IMG/VR virus record: IMGVR_UViG_3300017560_000006
Location: 1 to 42,288 of that record
Reading direction: 5' to 3' (one strand)
DNA: 42,288 nucleotides
Origin: a virus
Lineage: Duplodnaviria; Caudoviricetes
Shown: piece after piece, positions 8,801 through 17,858 of the stretch
Layout of the letters: the number at the start of each line of letters is the position of its first letter
Numbering within the stretch: position 1 is the first letter of the stretch
Translations under genes and position numbers: made by a program
Notes under the pieces: generated by a model
The model's database searches: none
What the model was told of the DNA's origin: nothing
What the model saw: only the letters and a program-made list of their open reading frames with translations

Positions 8801-10414
8801 GGCCACCTGACGCAGTGCATCTACTTCCTTGGTCAGCTTGCCGATGGCAGTCTCAGGGTTGAACACGCCCCACTGCATGCGGTCAGCGGTGATGGCGTGA
8901 GTGATTTCGTGCATCACGGTCCACGGCTCATCGGCTGGGTTCAGGCGGATGGTTTGGGTAGACGGGTTGTAGTTCGCACGCTTGACACCAGCGCTGGTGA
9001 CGATGTTGATGTCGTCGCCCATGACGGACAACAGGCGTGTTGCCTGGGCCGACAGCAGTGGGTCGTCCAGTTGCTGCGACAGGGCGGTCAGGTGCTCGCG
9101 GGCGGAGGTGCTCACGCCCTCGGACTGCTTGAGCGGGCGCTTCTCCTTAACCGTGGTACTGAACTCCATACGGACAGGCTCGGTGCTGCGCATAGCTGCC
9201 ACCTCCTCATTGACCTGCGGGACGATTGACTCTTGGATGTCCACCTCTGGAGCCTTCGCGCCAGCGGCCTCACGGGCCTGCCTCAGCACGACGTGGGCAT
9301 CCATAAGGGTCTCGTCCATTGCACGGCTCAACTCGTCAGCAGCGGCCCCCATACGGGCGTTGGCGCCCTCCCCGGCAGCACGCATGCCTGCCAGCGCCCC
9401 GAGGCCACCGAAGGCCAGCCCGAAGCCAGCGGCATAGGCGTAGTCGCGGTCGGTGACATGGCCGCCAGCGGCGTCTACGAGGCCGGTAATAGCGACGTTC
9501 CCAACGGTCCCCTCCACTGCCCCAAGGCCCACGCCTTTCGCTACCATACCGCTGCGGAAGGCCGCGATGGAGCCAAGGCCGACAACCTGCGCTGCCTTGC
9601 CCACGCCGAGGCCCACACCCCAGCCAACTGGGTCAATGAGGCCACCGGTCAGGGAGGCGGCTACAGCCCACGCTGGGCCGTGTGCGGACAGCTTGTTGAG
9701 GTCGTCCATACGGGCCTTGACCTCAGCCATACGGGCCTGTTCCTCGGCCAGCGAGCGGCTCTCCCGCATGAACTGCCGGTCCTCCTCGGACAGCCCGTAC
9801 TCCACTTGGTCGCGGCGGGAGTTGTAGTCGTAGGTCGGGTCAGCTGGGTACTCAGGACGGTTGATCGACTGGAGCAGGGCAGGAATCGCGGTGGTCTGGT
9901 TGAAGGCAGCGCCCACCATGTCACCGAAGCCGACCTGCTGGCGCTCCGTCTCGGCGTTGGCCTGTGCACGCTCGATAGCGCGTACCTGCTCAAGGTCGGT
10001 GGCGAACTGCGGCTCCTGATTGCCTGCGGCTGCCTGCTCGTTGGAAAGGTGGTAGGTGTCCTTGGACTTCTGCTGGATAAGGCTGATGCCGTCCTGCTGC
10101 AAATCGTCCTCGGTACGGCCCAGTGCCTGGCCCTGAGTCACCATGGCGCCCAGCGCTTGCACGGTGGCGTTCTTGGCGAAGCCCTTCAAGCTGGCTTGGG
10201 TGCCTTTGAGGGCCTTGTTGGCGTCACGCACGCTGCGGACGGACAGGCCGTTGCGGAACTTACCGGTATCAGTGGCACGGTCGATGTCCATGCGGTCGCC
10301 GTACCCGCTTGGGGTGGCGCGGAGTGCACGGCTGTCATCAACTGCAGTCTGTACAACCTCGGCGTTCTTGTCTTCTGCTACCGCCTCGGCTGATTTAAGG
10401 TCTTTGATTTCCAT
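5846..10414 (-). CDS. Large internal virion (ejection) protein, T7 gp16 analogue, with an HEXXH domain
   Basis: 1522 aa at the syntenic position; C-terminal LLTQFRTF motif typical of phiKMV-type internal virion proteins; internal HEITH. Confidence 0.88.
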   Translation of the reverse strand: MEIKDLKSAEAVAEDKNAEVVQTAVDDSRALRATPSGYGDRMDIDRATDTGKFRNGLSVRSVRDANKALKGTQASLKGFAKNATVQALGAMVTQGQALGRTEDDLQQDGISLIQQKSKDTYHLSNEQAAAGNQEPQFATDLEQVRAIERAQANAETERQQVGFGDMVGAAFNQTTAIPALLQSINRPEYPADPTYDYNSRRDQVEYGLSEEDRQFMRESRSLAEEQARMAEVKARMDDLNKLSAHGPAWAVAASLTGGLIDPVGWGVGLGVGKAAQVVGLGSIAAFRSGMVAKGVGLGAVEGTVGNVAITGLVDAAGGHVTDRDYAYAAGFGLAFGGLGALAGMRAAGEGANARMGAAADELSRAMDETLMDAHVVLRQAREAAGAKAPEVDIQESIVPQVNEEVAAMRSTEPVRMEFSTTVKEKRPLKQSEGVSTSAREHLTALSQQLDDPLLSAQATRLLSVMGDDINIVTSAGVKRANYNPSTQTIRLNPADEPWTVMHEITHAITADRMQWGVFNPETAIGKLTKEVDALRQVASKAAKGKEFELHTKYYLKNKDEFVAGLFSQDKEFLNFLATVPVRGDGKSLLNSLVQTVRRVLGLSANEESVLTRALAVNDDLLNQPVIVNLERTVKLKSGNFKVENYERFIGAEQHRAGQAIQDAAAADTLKDLNAAATKLAPEPSPEAVRAELDNIMRSRYNAAMQIVHARVANGKRFLPAADESMVTPEGRVMPPADFLLPKAERDAVGAAWGIDPLLVQNASDIQILTEMAARAERWTAENPVDAARVNSILGKMPWLASTGLQLAKSKNPVAQMVAGVLLENTTGALGRGRTAALDKNLLQRQYDEYLALAEQHYTAWRNRNNGNIATDIMSGELRDRFMREVSQEIRSRADGGFGGSTDVDVRGYADQLEKGFDRMRVDQQSRNTIGSARLGDSSRGYSPRRISKKWARGATAEQRRALSKEFADQLEAQWNDRPFAERIAAGYVERARLEAGGGVTPPTNLYSDEATDVLRDVMRAGAVPDDQIEKLLGRFSRGGQGFTKKRLDLDLDKTVTTEAGDEFNLADAFEHDQAKLYQDYARRVSGEVALANFGIYGQHGLMQLRRLIADFNPAGKQATIDEVRAFDQIAAEFYGTPLPGTGNKAMGNLRLLSSMSMLGGMAFNQFAEFSNSLPLLGLGGALRQVAEMPRLIKDVVKGRANPLLDSIELVGGPIGHDQRVVFPYQELDDTQVWGAGDLNAFDRVLRGGAQAMPWLSGFHYVHSAQVRGMSEQIVMKSLRYINEGRESEALASMGFNPSLRLRLKAELPNIAEFDAAGNLTALDITKAQDVDAAMEFVQAVHRGSKQIIQGTYVGETGAWAHNDLLRLLTQFRTFSITSMEKQWSRQRADFGSIKAVGLLLGSMSFAIPIQLARVHLNAAGREDSDEYIARQMAPGMFARNLLNYSSISGVLGDVIDSGAALTGNSVSGGRTGAQKSAADAIPSIGYINNAVQAIGERDPRELLRSLPGQNLPFVTPLMNFTD

Positions 10415-10474
10415 TGTGTTCTCCGTTGCAGTAGCCTCAGCGGAGCCGCCTCGTTGGAAGCGGCTCGACTTAGG

Positions 10475-12781
10475 TTACTCTCTGAAATAGGGTTGAGATT
10501 CGTAGAACTTGCGCAGTTCGTCACTGGTGACGCCCATCTGGACAGTCTTGCCCTCTGGCGTGGTGCCCATCAGTACCCAACGGGCAGTGACCTTACCGTT
10601 TGCATCAACGGTGTCCTGTCCGCGTACCAATGTAACGCTGTCGGTGCCATCCTTGCCCCACTGTTCCCAGAAGTTGGTTCCACCGGTCTTCTGTTCCCAC
10701 GGAGCCTTGCCACGAGACTTGCCACCAAACAGGTTGGTGTACTCGTGCAGTGGTTCGGCGGTCTTAGCGCTACCGGCAGGGAGCTTGAAGCCCTGCGCAC
10801 TGGCCTTCTGCTGCATGAAGTCGGAGAATGCCCGGCCTGCGGCGTCAGGTGCAGCACCAATGAGCTGCCCGAGGGACTGCTGGTCAGCACTGGACTTCTC
10901 GTAGGCATACGGACCAACGATATCGACCTGTTCCTTGGCAATGTTCAGGGCCATGGCGGTCGCTTCGGAGTCCGAGATACCCAGCTGCTGGCGTAGGATA
11001 TCGAAGTTGCGTGCAGTGGCGTTGGCCAGCACTCCAGTGTTGTTCTGCGTCAGTGGCGTGGAGCCTGCGAACAGCTGGCCGAACAGGCCGGGCTGGTCAT
11101 CCTTGACGCTATCCAGCAGCTTGGTCTGCATCTTCGCCTTGGGCGTGGTTTGCAGCTTGTTGACTGGCTTCCCGAAGGCTGCCTGCCATGCCAGCTCGGG
11201 AGCCAGCTTGCCGTTGGACAGGTACTGCTTGTAGTTCTCGATCTGTACCACGGTATCAGGCCCGAAGTACCCGAGGGCAGTAGCCTTACCGCCCGGACGT
11301 GCTACCATCTGGTCGTATTGCGCTACCGATTGGTCGAGCATCGGGGTGTAGCCGCCCGAGCTGGCGAAGATGCCAGACATCAGGTTGTTCTTGATGGCGC
11401 TGTTGACGTAACCAGAGCCGCCACCACCCGCACCCACGTAGTTCTTGACGATCAGCTCCATCGGATCCTTGCCAGCCTCGGCCTGTGCGGACACCACACC
11501 GAGGAAGGTGTTGTCCACGACCTGCCGTGGGATGCCAGAGTCCAGTGCAGCCTGCGCATTGCCAAGGATGGTGGCCGTGCTGGTGCTGCTAACCTGCTCG
11601 TTGAGCGTCTGTTGGGCCTTGCTGCCCTCGGCGCGGGCCTTCTGCGCAGCCTGCGCGGCCTTGTAGTACGCCGAGTAGTCGGACTGGATGAACCGAGCCA
11701 CGTCCTTCTTGTCGTACACATCACCGTCAATGCCGGTCTTGAGCCGGAACTGCGTGTTGACGTTCTCCATAGCAGCCACGCCCTCGGCTGGAGACATCTG
11801 ACCGGTCGCCATCAGGCCTTGGATACGGCCCATTTCGGCGCCGAATTCCAGCGTGCCCTCCTTCTCACGGGTCTTGGCCTCGTAGGTGTCGCGGGCGTTC
11901 AGCAGCTCCAGCTGCACGTCGGCTGGCGCGGCCTCAAACAGGCTGTGCTCGCCGTCACGCTTGGCCCACACGGCCTGCGCCATGTAGTGGTTGCCCTTGG
12001 CCATGCTGGTAATGGTAGCAGTCTTGACGGCTTCCCAGTACGACTGAGCGGACTGGCCTTCCAGCGGCTGCCAGCTGGCCAGTGCTCCGCTCAGGGCCAT
12101 GTCGCGGTCCTGTTGGGTGGCCGTGCCTTCCTGCCAGCCGCGTGCTGCGGCCTGAATGGTGTCGCCAGCCTGCAACATGGCATTCGTGACCTGCGTCTGC
12201 ATATCCGTCTGCTGCCACTTGTAGTGCTGCTTGGCGTGCGCCTTGAAGAACGGGCCTGCCGCCTCGACCATCTTGAGCTGGATGGCGCTGTCAGCCGCGT
12301 CGTCGCCGGTCAGGAAGTTGTTCATCCTGCCAATGACTTCGGAGCCAACCTCGTCTGGCGTCATCTTCTGGAGCCGGTCCATGTCACCGTACAGGTCTGC
12401 AGTGTACTTGTCCACCTGCGCGATCTGCGTGTAGGCGCGGGCGCCCTGCGCAGTACTGGACGGCCCGAAGATCTGCGTGTACCACGGCTGCTCGTCTACG
12501 ATGTCCTTGAGGGCTTCGCCGGTCATCACGCGCTGCACGCCGGTCAGGAACGCCTTGTTCTGCTGGTCCTTGAGCTTGCGGCTCAGGATGCCTTGACCAA
12601 TCTCGATCACGGCATCAAGAGTCCGGTCCTCCTGCGGTGCGTCTACAGGGGCCACGCCACGGATGACGCCGCCGCCCTGTAACCCGCCAGCCCCCAACGA
12701 CTGATTGGGAGTACCTGCTTGCGGTGTCCCGGCAACGTCAATAGCGCCGCTGCCGAGGTCATACTGGAATGGTCCTGCCAT
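10475..12781 (-). CDS. Internal virion protein B (gp15 analogue)
   Basis: Synteny; QPWYTQIFGPS motif; large helical protein. Confidence 0.8.
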   Translation of the reverse strand: MAGPFQYDLGSGAIDVAGTPQAGTPNQSLGAGGLQGGGVIRGVAPVDAPQEDRTLDAVIEIGQGILSRKLKDQQNKAFLTGVQRVMTGEALKDIVDEQPWYTQIFGPSSTAQGARAYTQIAQVDKYTADLYGDMDRLQKMTPDEVGSEVIGRMNNFLTGDDAADSAIQLKMVEAAGPFFKAHAKQHYKWQQTDMQTQVTNAMLQAGDTIQAAARGWQEGTATQQDRDMALSGALASWQPLEGQSAQSYWEAVKTATITSMAKGNHYMAQAVWAKRDGEHSLFEAAPADVQLELLNARDTYEAKTREKEGTLEFGAEMGRIQGLMATGQMSPAEGVAAMENVNTQFRLKTGIDGDVYDKKDVARFIQSDYSAYYKAAQAAQKARAEGSKAQQTLNEQVSSTSTATILGNAQAALDSGIPRQVVDNTFLGVVSAQAEAGKDPMELIVKNYVGAGGGGSGYVNSAIKNNLMSGIFASSGGYTPMLDQSVAQYDQMVARPGGKATALGYFGPDTVVQIENYKQYLSNGKLAPELAWQAAFGKPVNKLQTTPKAKMQTKLLDSVKDDQPGLFGQLFAGSTPLTQNNTGVLANATARNFDILRQQLGISDSEATAMALNIAKEQVDIVGPYAYEKSSADQQSLGQLIGAAPDAAGRAFSDFMQQKASAQGFKLPAGSAKTAEPLHEYTNLFGGKSRGKAPWEQKTGGTNFWEQWGKDGTDSVTLVRGQDTVDANGKVTARWVLMGTTPEGKTVQMGVTSDELRKFYESQPYFRE

Positions 12782-12785
12782 TGTC

Positions 12786-13541
12786 TTAACTCCTGAACCA
12801 GCTGGCTGGAGCACCGAAGGTTGGATCTTCCACAGACAGGGTGACTGGGTTGAATCCGCCTACTTGCAGTGCTGCACCTGATGCCGGTGTGGATTTGAAG
12901 AATGTGCCGAGTTGGGACACGGCGTCGATACCGGCCTGTGAGCCGAGGGTCGAGAGAGCCGCGTTGCCGACCAGCGACAGCGTGCTGGGCACGGCCTGCT
13001 GGTTGGGTACAGCCTTGACCTGCGTCACGCGGTCGAGGAACACCGTGTCGTCCAAGGAGGAGATAGCGTTCTCGTTGACGGTGCGGATGCGGTCGAATGT
13101 ATCCTGTGCTGCGTACCGCCCTGCCCGCTGGCGCTGCTCCTCCTGCCGTGCTGCCCGGCCCCGGATAACGGAGTTGAGCTGGTTGATGGTGCCACCGGCG
13201 ATACCGGCAGCGCTGGCTGCGGCCATCAGTGCCCCAGTGGCTTCGGCAGCTTGTAGCTTGGTGTTGAGACCCTGCGTTTGGGATTGCTCCTGTTGCCGGA
13301 TCAGGTTCTTAGCCAAGGCATCCGTCTGCTTCGCTGCGTTCTTGAGGATCAGCTGGTTGCCCAGCGACTGCCGGAACCGGGACAACGCCCCGGATGCGGC
13401 AGCTACTGTGTTGTTGGCTTGGGTGAGCTGGTCTTGAATCGCTGCGTTCTGGACGGCTGCCTTGTTGTTGGCCTTGATCTGCTTCTTAGCCTGTTGGCCT
13501 TTCAGCAGATTCAGGCCGAACATCGCGGCGAGTGCCCACAT
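12786..13541 (-). CDS. Internal virion protein A (gp14 analogue)
   Basis: MWALAAM start, Ala/Gln-rich, AAASAAGIAG; follows tail tubular B. Confidence 0.8.
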   Translation of the reverse strand: MWALAAMFGLNLLKGQQAKKQIKANNKAAVQNAAIQDQLTQANNTVAAASGALSRFRQSLGNQLILKNAAKQTDALAKNLIRQQEQSQTQGLNTKLQAAEATGALMAAASAAGIAGGTINQLNSVIRGRAARQEEQRQRAGRYAAQDTFDRIRTVNENAISSLDDTVFLDRVTQVKAVPNQQAVPSTLSLVGNAALSTLGSQAGIDAVSQLGTFFKSTPASGAALQVGGFNPVTLSVEDPTFGAPASWFRS

Positions 13542-16105
13542 TATGCGTTCCTCTGCGTGTAGAATTGACCCGCCCACTCAATGCTGCTGAGGGTAAGCGG
13601 GAGCCAGTTTCTGGAGGTGAGCCGCAGCTTGAACTCGCGCACCTCCTGCTGAATGTCCACAGGAACGGTGATGGTCGCGGCGATCTGCTGTGTGTTCAGC
13701 ATCCAGCTGCCAGTCGGTCGGTAGATCCAGTCGAGCACCTGCTGTTGCTGCGATACGTCTTGGTCCATGCCCCGGATGTAACCCCGCATCGCTGCCGAGT
13801 TGCTAAGCGTGACCTTGTACGAGCCGAGGATCAGGGTGCCGTCGAGGATAGCTTTCTCCTTCTTGTCCCGCATGTACGGGGCGGTAGGCTCTACCTCGCT
13901 GTCGAACAGCGTACCCATCATGGCGGTGTCCATGTCCACCTCGGGTGGCAGTGCGTCCTCCAGTTTCTCCCAATCGGCCAACGGCTGGCCCAGCAGGAAG
14001 TACTGCCCTGCTGTCTTGGGCATGGCCACGGCGCTCTCCTGCACACCGACCGGCGTCCAGCTTGGGCTGATGCTGCCAGTCGTGAAGCTCCACTCGCGCA
14101 TGCTGTCAAGGTACGGGTTGGTGCTCAGGGCTGCCGAGCGGCTGAACTCGTCTAGGCACAGCATCACACGGTCTCCGGCGCCGTAGCGCAGGGTCAGGCT
14201 GAGGATGCTGCCGTTGCGGCCAGTGATGCCGACCAGTACGCCGAGGGCAGTGGACCACCACCACCGTGACCACGAGTCGTATAGCCGCTGGGTCTGGTCT
14301 GCCGTGTCCAGATAGTTGAACACGTAGAACCCATTGGTGAACTCCCGCGTGCGGATTGCCAGCGTTGACGGGCTGGTCAGTGCGAGGATCTGCCGTGGCG
14401 TGCCAGACAGGTAGCCGTCCAGCTGGCTAGTAATCTCGAACGCCCGGAACGAGTCAGCGTAGTCGCCGGTCTGCATCTGCTGCACAGTCAGCTTGCCGTC
14501 ACGCAGCTGGCTAAAGAAGATGAAGTTCCCCGAGCCTGCTGGTGGGCAGGTCGTGGTATCCTCGTAAGCCGACTGCGTTGCCACGTACTGCGTCTTCGGC
14601 GTCATGGGCTGGCGACCGTCGAGCGCGTACTGCTGTTGCTTACCGAACAGCAGGAGGGACCGGTCCATCATCACGCCGTCAGTGATTACGTCGCCCTCGC
14701 TGCCCAACGCGAACACCTCGATAGGGTCGTCGTCAGCGATGGTGAGTGCACTCTGGCGGTAGAAGTTGAAGTAGTCTCCCGACTTTGACATGCAGATGGT
14801 CGAGCCGCTGATGAACACTAGTCGGTCTTGGAACGTCCCGATGTAGTCGATGCGCCGGTTGTAGAATCCGGGAATCGGCGTACTGTCCAAGTCGCCAGCG
14901 AGCGAGTGCGACCAATCCGTCTGGTTGGAATCGCCTGACACAGCGGCAAGGTCAGTGACGTTGGATGCGAGGTACATGTTGGAGCCGATAATCTCGCCAA
15001 TCAGTGTGACGAAGCCAGGCACCTGCTCAGTGCCAGCACCTTCGGTCCAGATTACTTCCTTCCAGTCCAGCAAGCCGGTGTTGTCCTTGGGCTTGGCAGT
15101 GACGTAGAACACGCCTGCGTCGTCGCCAGAGCCTACGCCCTTCGGCCGGATGCGGACCACCTTACCCGGATAGTGGAATGGCGACAGGTCGTTGACCGAC
15201 TGCACTTCTTGGCCAATGCCCTTCATGGACGAGCCGTCGCCACCGTCGTCAACCTCAACGAAGTAGGCGTCACTGGATACCATGTGCGCACCGTTCCAGC
15301 CGGTGGTGCCAGCGACAGCCCCTGCGGCGATCAGCGCTTGGCCGAGCTTGAGGGCGATGTTAGCGGGCTGGATGTCCGCAGCCGCAGTACCGATCCACTG
15401 GTTGACTGCAGTCTGGTAGGCGTACACGCGGTCGTTGACCTGCTTCTGGTAATCCGTGGCTGTGGCCGGGATGTCCGAAGTGGTCAGGGTGCCGGGGTAG
15501 TAGCTAGCCACCGTAGTGTAGCTGACGGTGAATTTGGTGCCCGAGCCGTTGGTAATCTTGGCCGTATACGTGCGGGAGTACGAGCCGCTGCGAATCCACA
15601 CCACCGACAGGTTACTGGTGTTGCCCAGCCTGTTGATGGTGGTCACGGACGGAGCCACGTAGCGCGGCGCCAGCAGGATGTACTTGGCGATGTTGCCCAC
15701 TGCTGAGATACCGCCGTTGAGCGCAGCCGTCACAGTAGCAGCGTCAGCCGGGTTGACCAGCACGTCCATGATCTGGTACGTGTCCTTGTTGATGCAGATC
15801 AGGCCGGGAAAGGTACTGCCGGACGGCTTGATGTCAGGCCGGTACATCAGGCAGTATTCCACGCTGTTGACAAAGAAGGTGTACTCCTTGAAGTACGTTG
15901 CGTCCGTGTAGGTCTCGTCAGTCAGGGCAACGCCGGTGAGGGTCTTCTCCCAGCGTACCAATGAACCGTGGCGGCGAGCAAGGCCGCGTACTGGGTCAGA
16001 GACGAAGTTGTCTTGAATCCAGTGCTGACCGACAAAGCGGTCGTGCGGAACCTGCTCCGAGACGCCTCGGATGATGCTCTCAAAGGAGCCGGTTTCCTTG
16101 CTCAT
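13541..16105 (-). CDS. Tail tubular protein B (nozzle, gp12-like)
   Basis: GVSEQVPHDR...NFVSDPVRGLARRHG start, FQDRL, SWSRW motifs. Confidence 0.93.
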   Translation of the reverse strand: MSKETGSFESIIRGVSEQVPHDRFVGQHWIQDNFVSDPVRGLARRHGSLVRWEKTLTGVALTDETYTDATYFKEYTFFVNSVEYCLMYRPDIKPSGSTFPGLICINKDTYQIMDVLVNPADAATVTAALNGGISAVGNIAKYILLAPRYVAPSVTTINRLGNTSNLSVVWIRSGSYSRTYTAKITNGSGTKFTVSYTTVASYYPGTLTTSDIPATATDYQKQVNDRVYAYQTAVNQWIGTAAADIQPANIALKLGQALIAAGAVAGTTGWNGAHMVSSDAYFVEVDDGGDGSSMKGIGQEVQSVNDLSPFHYPGKVVRIRPKGVGSGDDAGVFYVTAKPKDNTGLLDWKEVIWTEGAGTEQVPGFVTLIGEIIGSNMYLASNVTDLAAVSGDSNQTDWSHSLAGDLDSTPIPGFYNRRIDYIGTFQDRLVFISGSTICMSKSGDYFNFYRQSALTIADDDPIEVFALGSEGDVITDGVMMDRSLLLFGKQQQYALDGRQPMTPKTQYVATQSAYEDTTTCPPAGSGNFIFFSQLRDGKLTVQQMQTGDYADSFRAFEITSQLDGYLSGTPRQILALTSPSTLAIRTREFTNGFYVFNYLDTADQTQRLYDSWSRWWWSTALGVLVGITGRNGSILSLTLRYGAGDRVMLCLDEFSRSAALSTNPYLDSMREWSFTTGSISPSWTPVGVQESAVAMPKTAGQYFLLGQPLADWEKLEDALPPEVDMDTAMMGTLFDSEVEPTAPYMRDKKEKAILDGTLILGSYKVTLSNSAAMRGYIRGMDQDVSQQQQVLDWIYRPTGSWMLNTQQIAATITVPVDIQQEVREFKLRLTSRNWLPLTLSSIEWAGQFYTQRNA

Positions 16106-16698
16106 GAATACCTCTCGTCGCGCCCATAAATGCGGCGCTGCCTGTGAGTGTTGATCCCACCCTGCCCCTGCCGTAGCATATTGGCCTTGACAGACCGGAT
16201 GTGCTGGGCGCGGATGATGCCGAAGGCGTTGGTGTAGTCCTCGGTAGCCTGCTTGACCTTACCGTCGTCGGCGTCGAACGCCTTCTGGAAGTCGAGCACG
16301 GCGCCGGTTTCGACCAGCCGCTGGGCCTGATAGGGTAAGTCATCGAGTGGGACCAGCCGGGTCAGTACGACCTTGAGCTTGCCCTGCCCGGTGTAATAGT
16401 CACCGACCCGCGTGTCGTAGATACGGCTGCCGCGACTCGTCATCCACGGTGGGTTAGCGTCTGGCACGACGGCCAGCGTATCCGCAGGGATGTAGTAGAA
16501 ACCATCGGTGTCTGCATCCAGCGACAGGAATTCGGTGTTGAACCACCAGCCAATCCCCTGTTGTTCCATCATCGCTGTGCGCAGCGAGGACAGGGCGGAT
16601 GCGATGATAGGACTCCCGCCCGTCAAGGAGTTAATGGGCGAGCGGCCCATCGACTTGAGGCAGGAGTTCACGATGTCTAGCTCAGTGATGAACGCCAT
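16102..16698 (-). CDS. Tail tubular protein A (adaptor, gp11-like)
   Basis: TELDIVNSCLKSMG, GWWFNTE, DDLP motifs; GGAGG SD before ATG 16698. Confidence 0.92.
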   Translation of the reverse strand: MAFITELDIVNSCLKSMGRSPINSLTGGSPIIASALSSLRTAMMEQQGIGWWFNTEFLSLDADTDGFYYIPADTLAVVPDANPPWMTSRGSRIYDTRVGDYYTGQGKLKVVLTRLVPLDDLPYQAQRLVETGAVLDFQKAFDADDGKVKQATEDYTNAFGIIRAQHIRSVKANMLRQGQGGINTHRQRRIYGRDERYS

Positions 16699-16715
16699 GT
16701 GAACCTCCAAAACGC

Positions 16716-16748
16716 AAAAAACCCCACCCGCGCAAAGGCAGGTGGGGT
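16716..16748 (-). terminator. Intrinsic terminator after the capsid gene (T-phi analogue)
   Basis: ACCCCACCTGC-CTTTGC-GCGGGTGGGGT followed by TTTTT on the minus strand. Confidence 0.9.
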
Positions 16749-16759
16749 CGGGGTGTTGC

Positions 16760-17749
16760 TTAGGGCTGCATGATGACCCCGGCGTATTCGCTGCGGTCAG
16801 GGGTCGAGGCGTAGGCCAGCCATGCGTCAACGAAGTAGCACTTGCTCAGGTCGTCGAAGAAGGCGTTGGTTTTCAGCTCGATGTTTGCGCCAGCCAGCAG
16901 AGCTTTAGGCGACATGGCCAGAGCCACTACCTTGGTGTAGTCACCAACGTAGTCTGGACCCATCATGGCAGACACGGTGCCGGGAGTAGCCTCGGCCTCT
17001 ACCCAGTTGGGCAGGTTGTTGGTCGAGACAACAGGCACACCGAAGGCCTTGAAGATGTGGCCCTGAATGCTGGTGCCTTCGCTGGTGACGTACTCACCGT
17101 TGATGACTTGCTCAGCGTCCAGCAGGGTGTAGAACACGTCTGGGCGCAGGAAGATCACAACGTCGTCATCCACTGGGATAACGTCCTTGCCTTCCATCTT
17201 GGTGAACAGGCCACCGAAAGCGTCGTACAGCTTAGCCGCGTCAGCCTTGTCTGCTGCGCTGGCCAGGGTCTGTACCGAGCCGCCGCTGAACCCAGGCAGT
17301 GGGGTGCCGTAGGCCGAGGTAGCAGCCTGCGCAGCCTTGATGCCCTGAATCAGGAACGACTGGTCTTTCAGCTTGGCGATCTTCTTGCCGTGCTCCATGC
17401 CGATCTGCTTGCGTGCATCGAACACAGTCTGGAAGGTATCCAGTTCTGGCAGAGCGGCACGGGCGATGATCGAGCGGTCGATAGTGACCGAGTTCTTGGA
17501 GAAGGCGGAGGTCACGCCGTCAGGGATTTGGCCGGGAACGATCTTCTGCAGAGTCGATTCACCGACAGCATAGTTGGTGACAGTCGCAGTACCCTTCACC
17601 GAGCGGACTGGGAGCCAGCCTTCGGTAACGGAGCGACGTTGGATGGTGCCCTCAACGATCCCGGTGAACTCTTCAATTACAAGTTCCAGCGGATCGGAGC
17701 CCAAATTCTTGGCATTGGGGCGAGTTACTGTATACGCATCAAGTGCCAT
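16760..17749 (-). CDS. Major capsid protein
   Basis: T7 gp10-like pattern (LVIEEFTGIVE, TIDR, GMEHGKKIAKLKDQ, FGVPVVSTNNLP); own promoter and AAGGAGG SD. Confidence 0.95.
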   Translation of the reverse strand: MALDAYTVTRPNAKNLGSDPLELVIEEFTGIVEGTIQRRSVTEGWLPVRSVKGTATVTNYAVGESTLQKIVPGQIPDGVTSAFSKNSVTIDRSIIARAALPELDTFQTVFDARKQIGMEHGKKIAKLKDQSFLIQGIKAAQAATSAYGTPLPGFSGGSVQTLASAADKADAAKLYDAFGGLFTKMEGKDVIPVDDDVVIFLRPDVFYTLLDAEQVINGEYVTSEGTSIQGHIFKAFGVPVVSTNNLPNWVEAEATPGTVSAMMGPDYVGDYTKVVALAMSPKALLAGANIELKTNAFFDDLSKCYFVDAWLAYASTPDRSEYAGVIMQP

Positions 17750-17793
17750 GATGGGCACCCTCCTTCAATTGGGTATGGGAGGAAAGTTTCCTT

Positions 17794-17812
17794 GTCCATA
17801 TAGTAGGCCAAT
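17794..17812 (-). promoter_or_regulatory. Phage RNAP promoter for the capsid gene
   Basis: ATTGGCCTACTATATGGAC, intergenic. Confidence 0.9.
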
Positions 17813-17823
17813 GGCCAGACGAG

Positions 17824-17850
17824 CGAAAGCCCCGGCCTACCGGGCCGGGA
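17824..17850 (-). terminator. GC hairpin after the scaffold gene, probably a weak terminator
   Basis: CCCGGCC/GGCCGGG stem followed by GCTTTCG on the minus strand. Confidence 0.6.
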
Positions 17851-17858
17851 CGGTCGCA

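Noticed and set aside
10443-10466. Hairpin GAGCCGC/GCGGCTC as a terminator
   Set aside because: No U-tract on the minus strand; may be a stability or processing stem, but its function is unsupported
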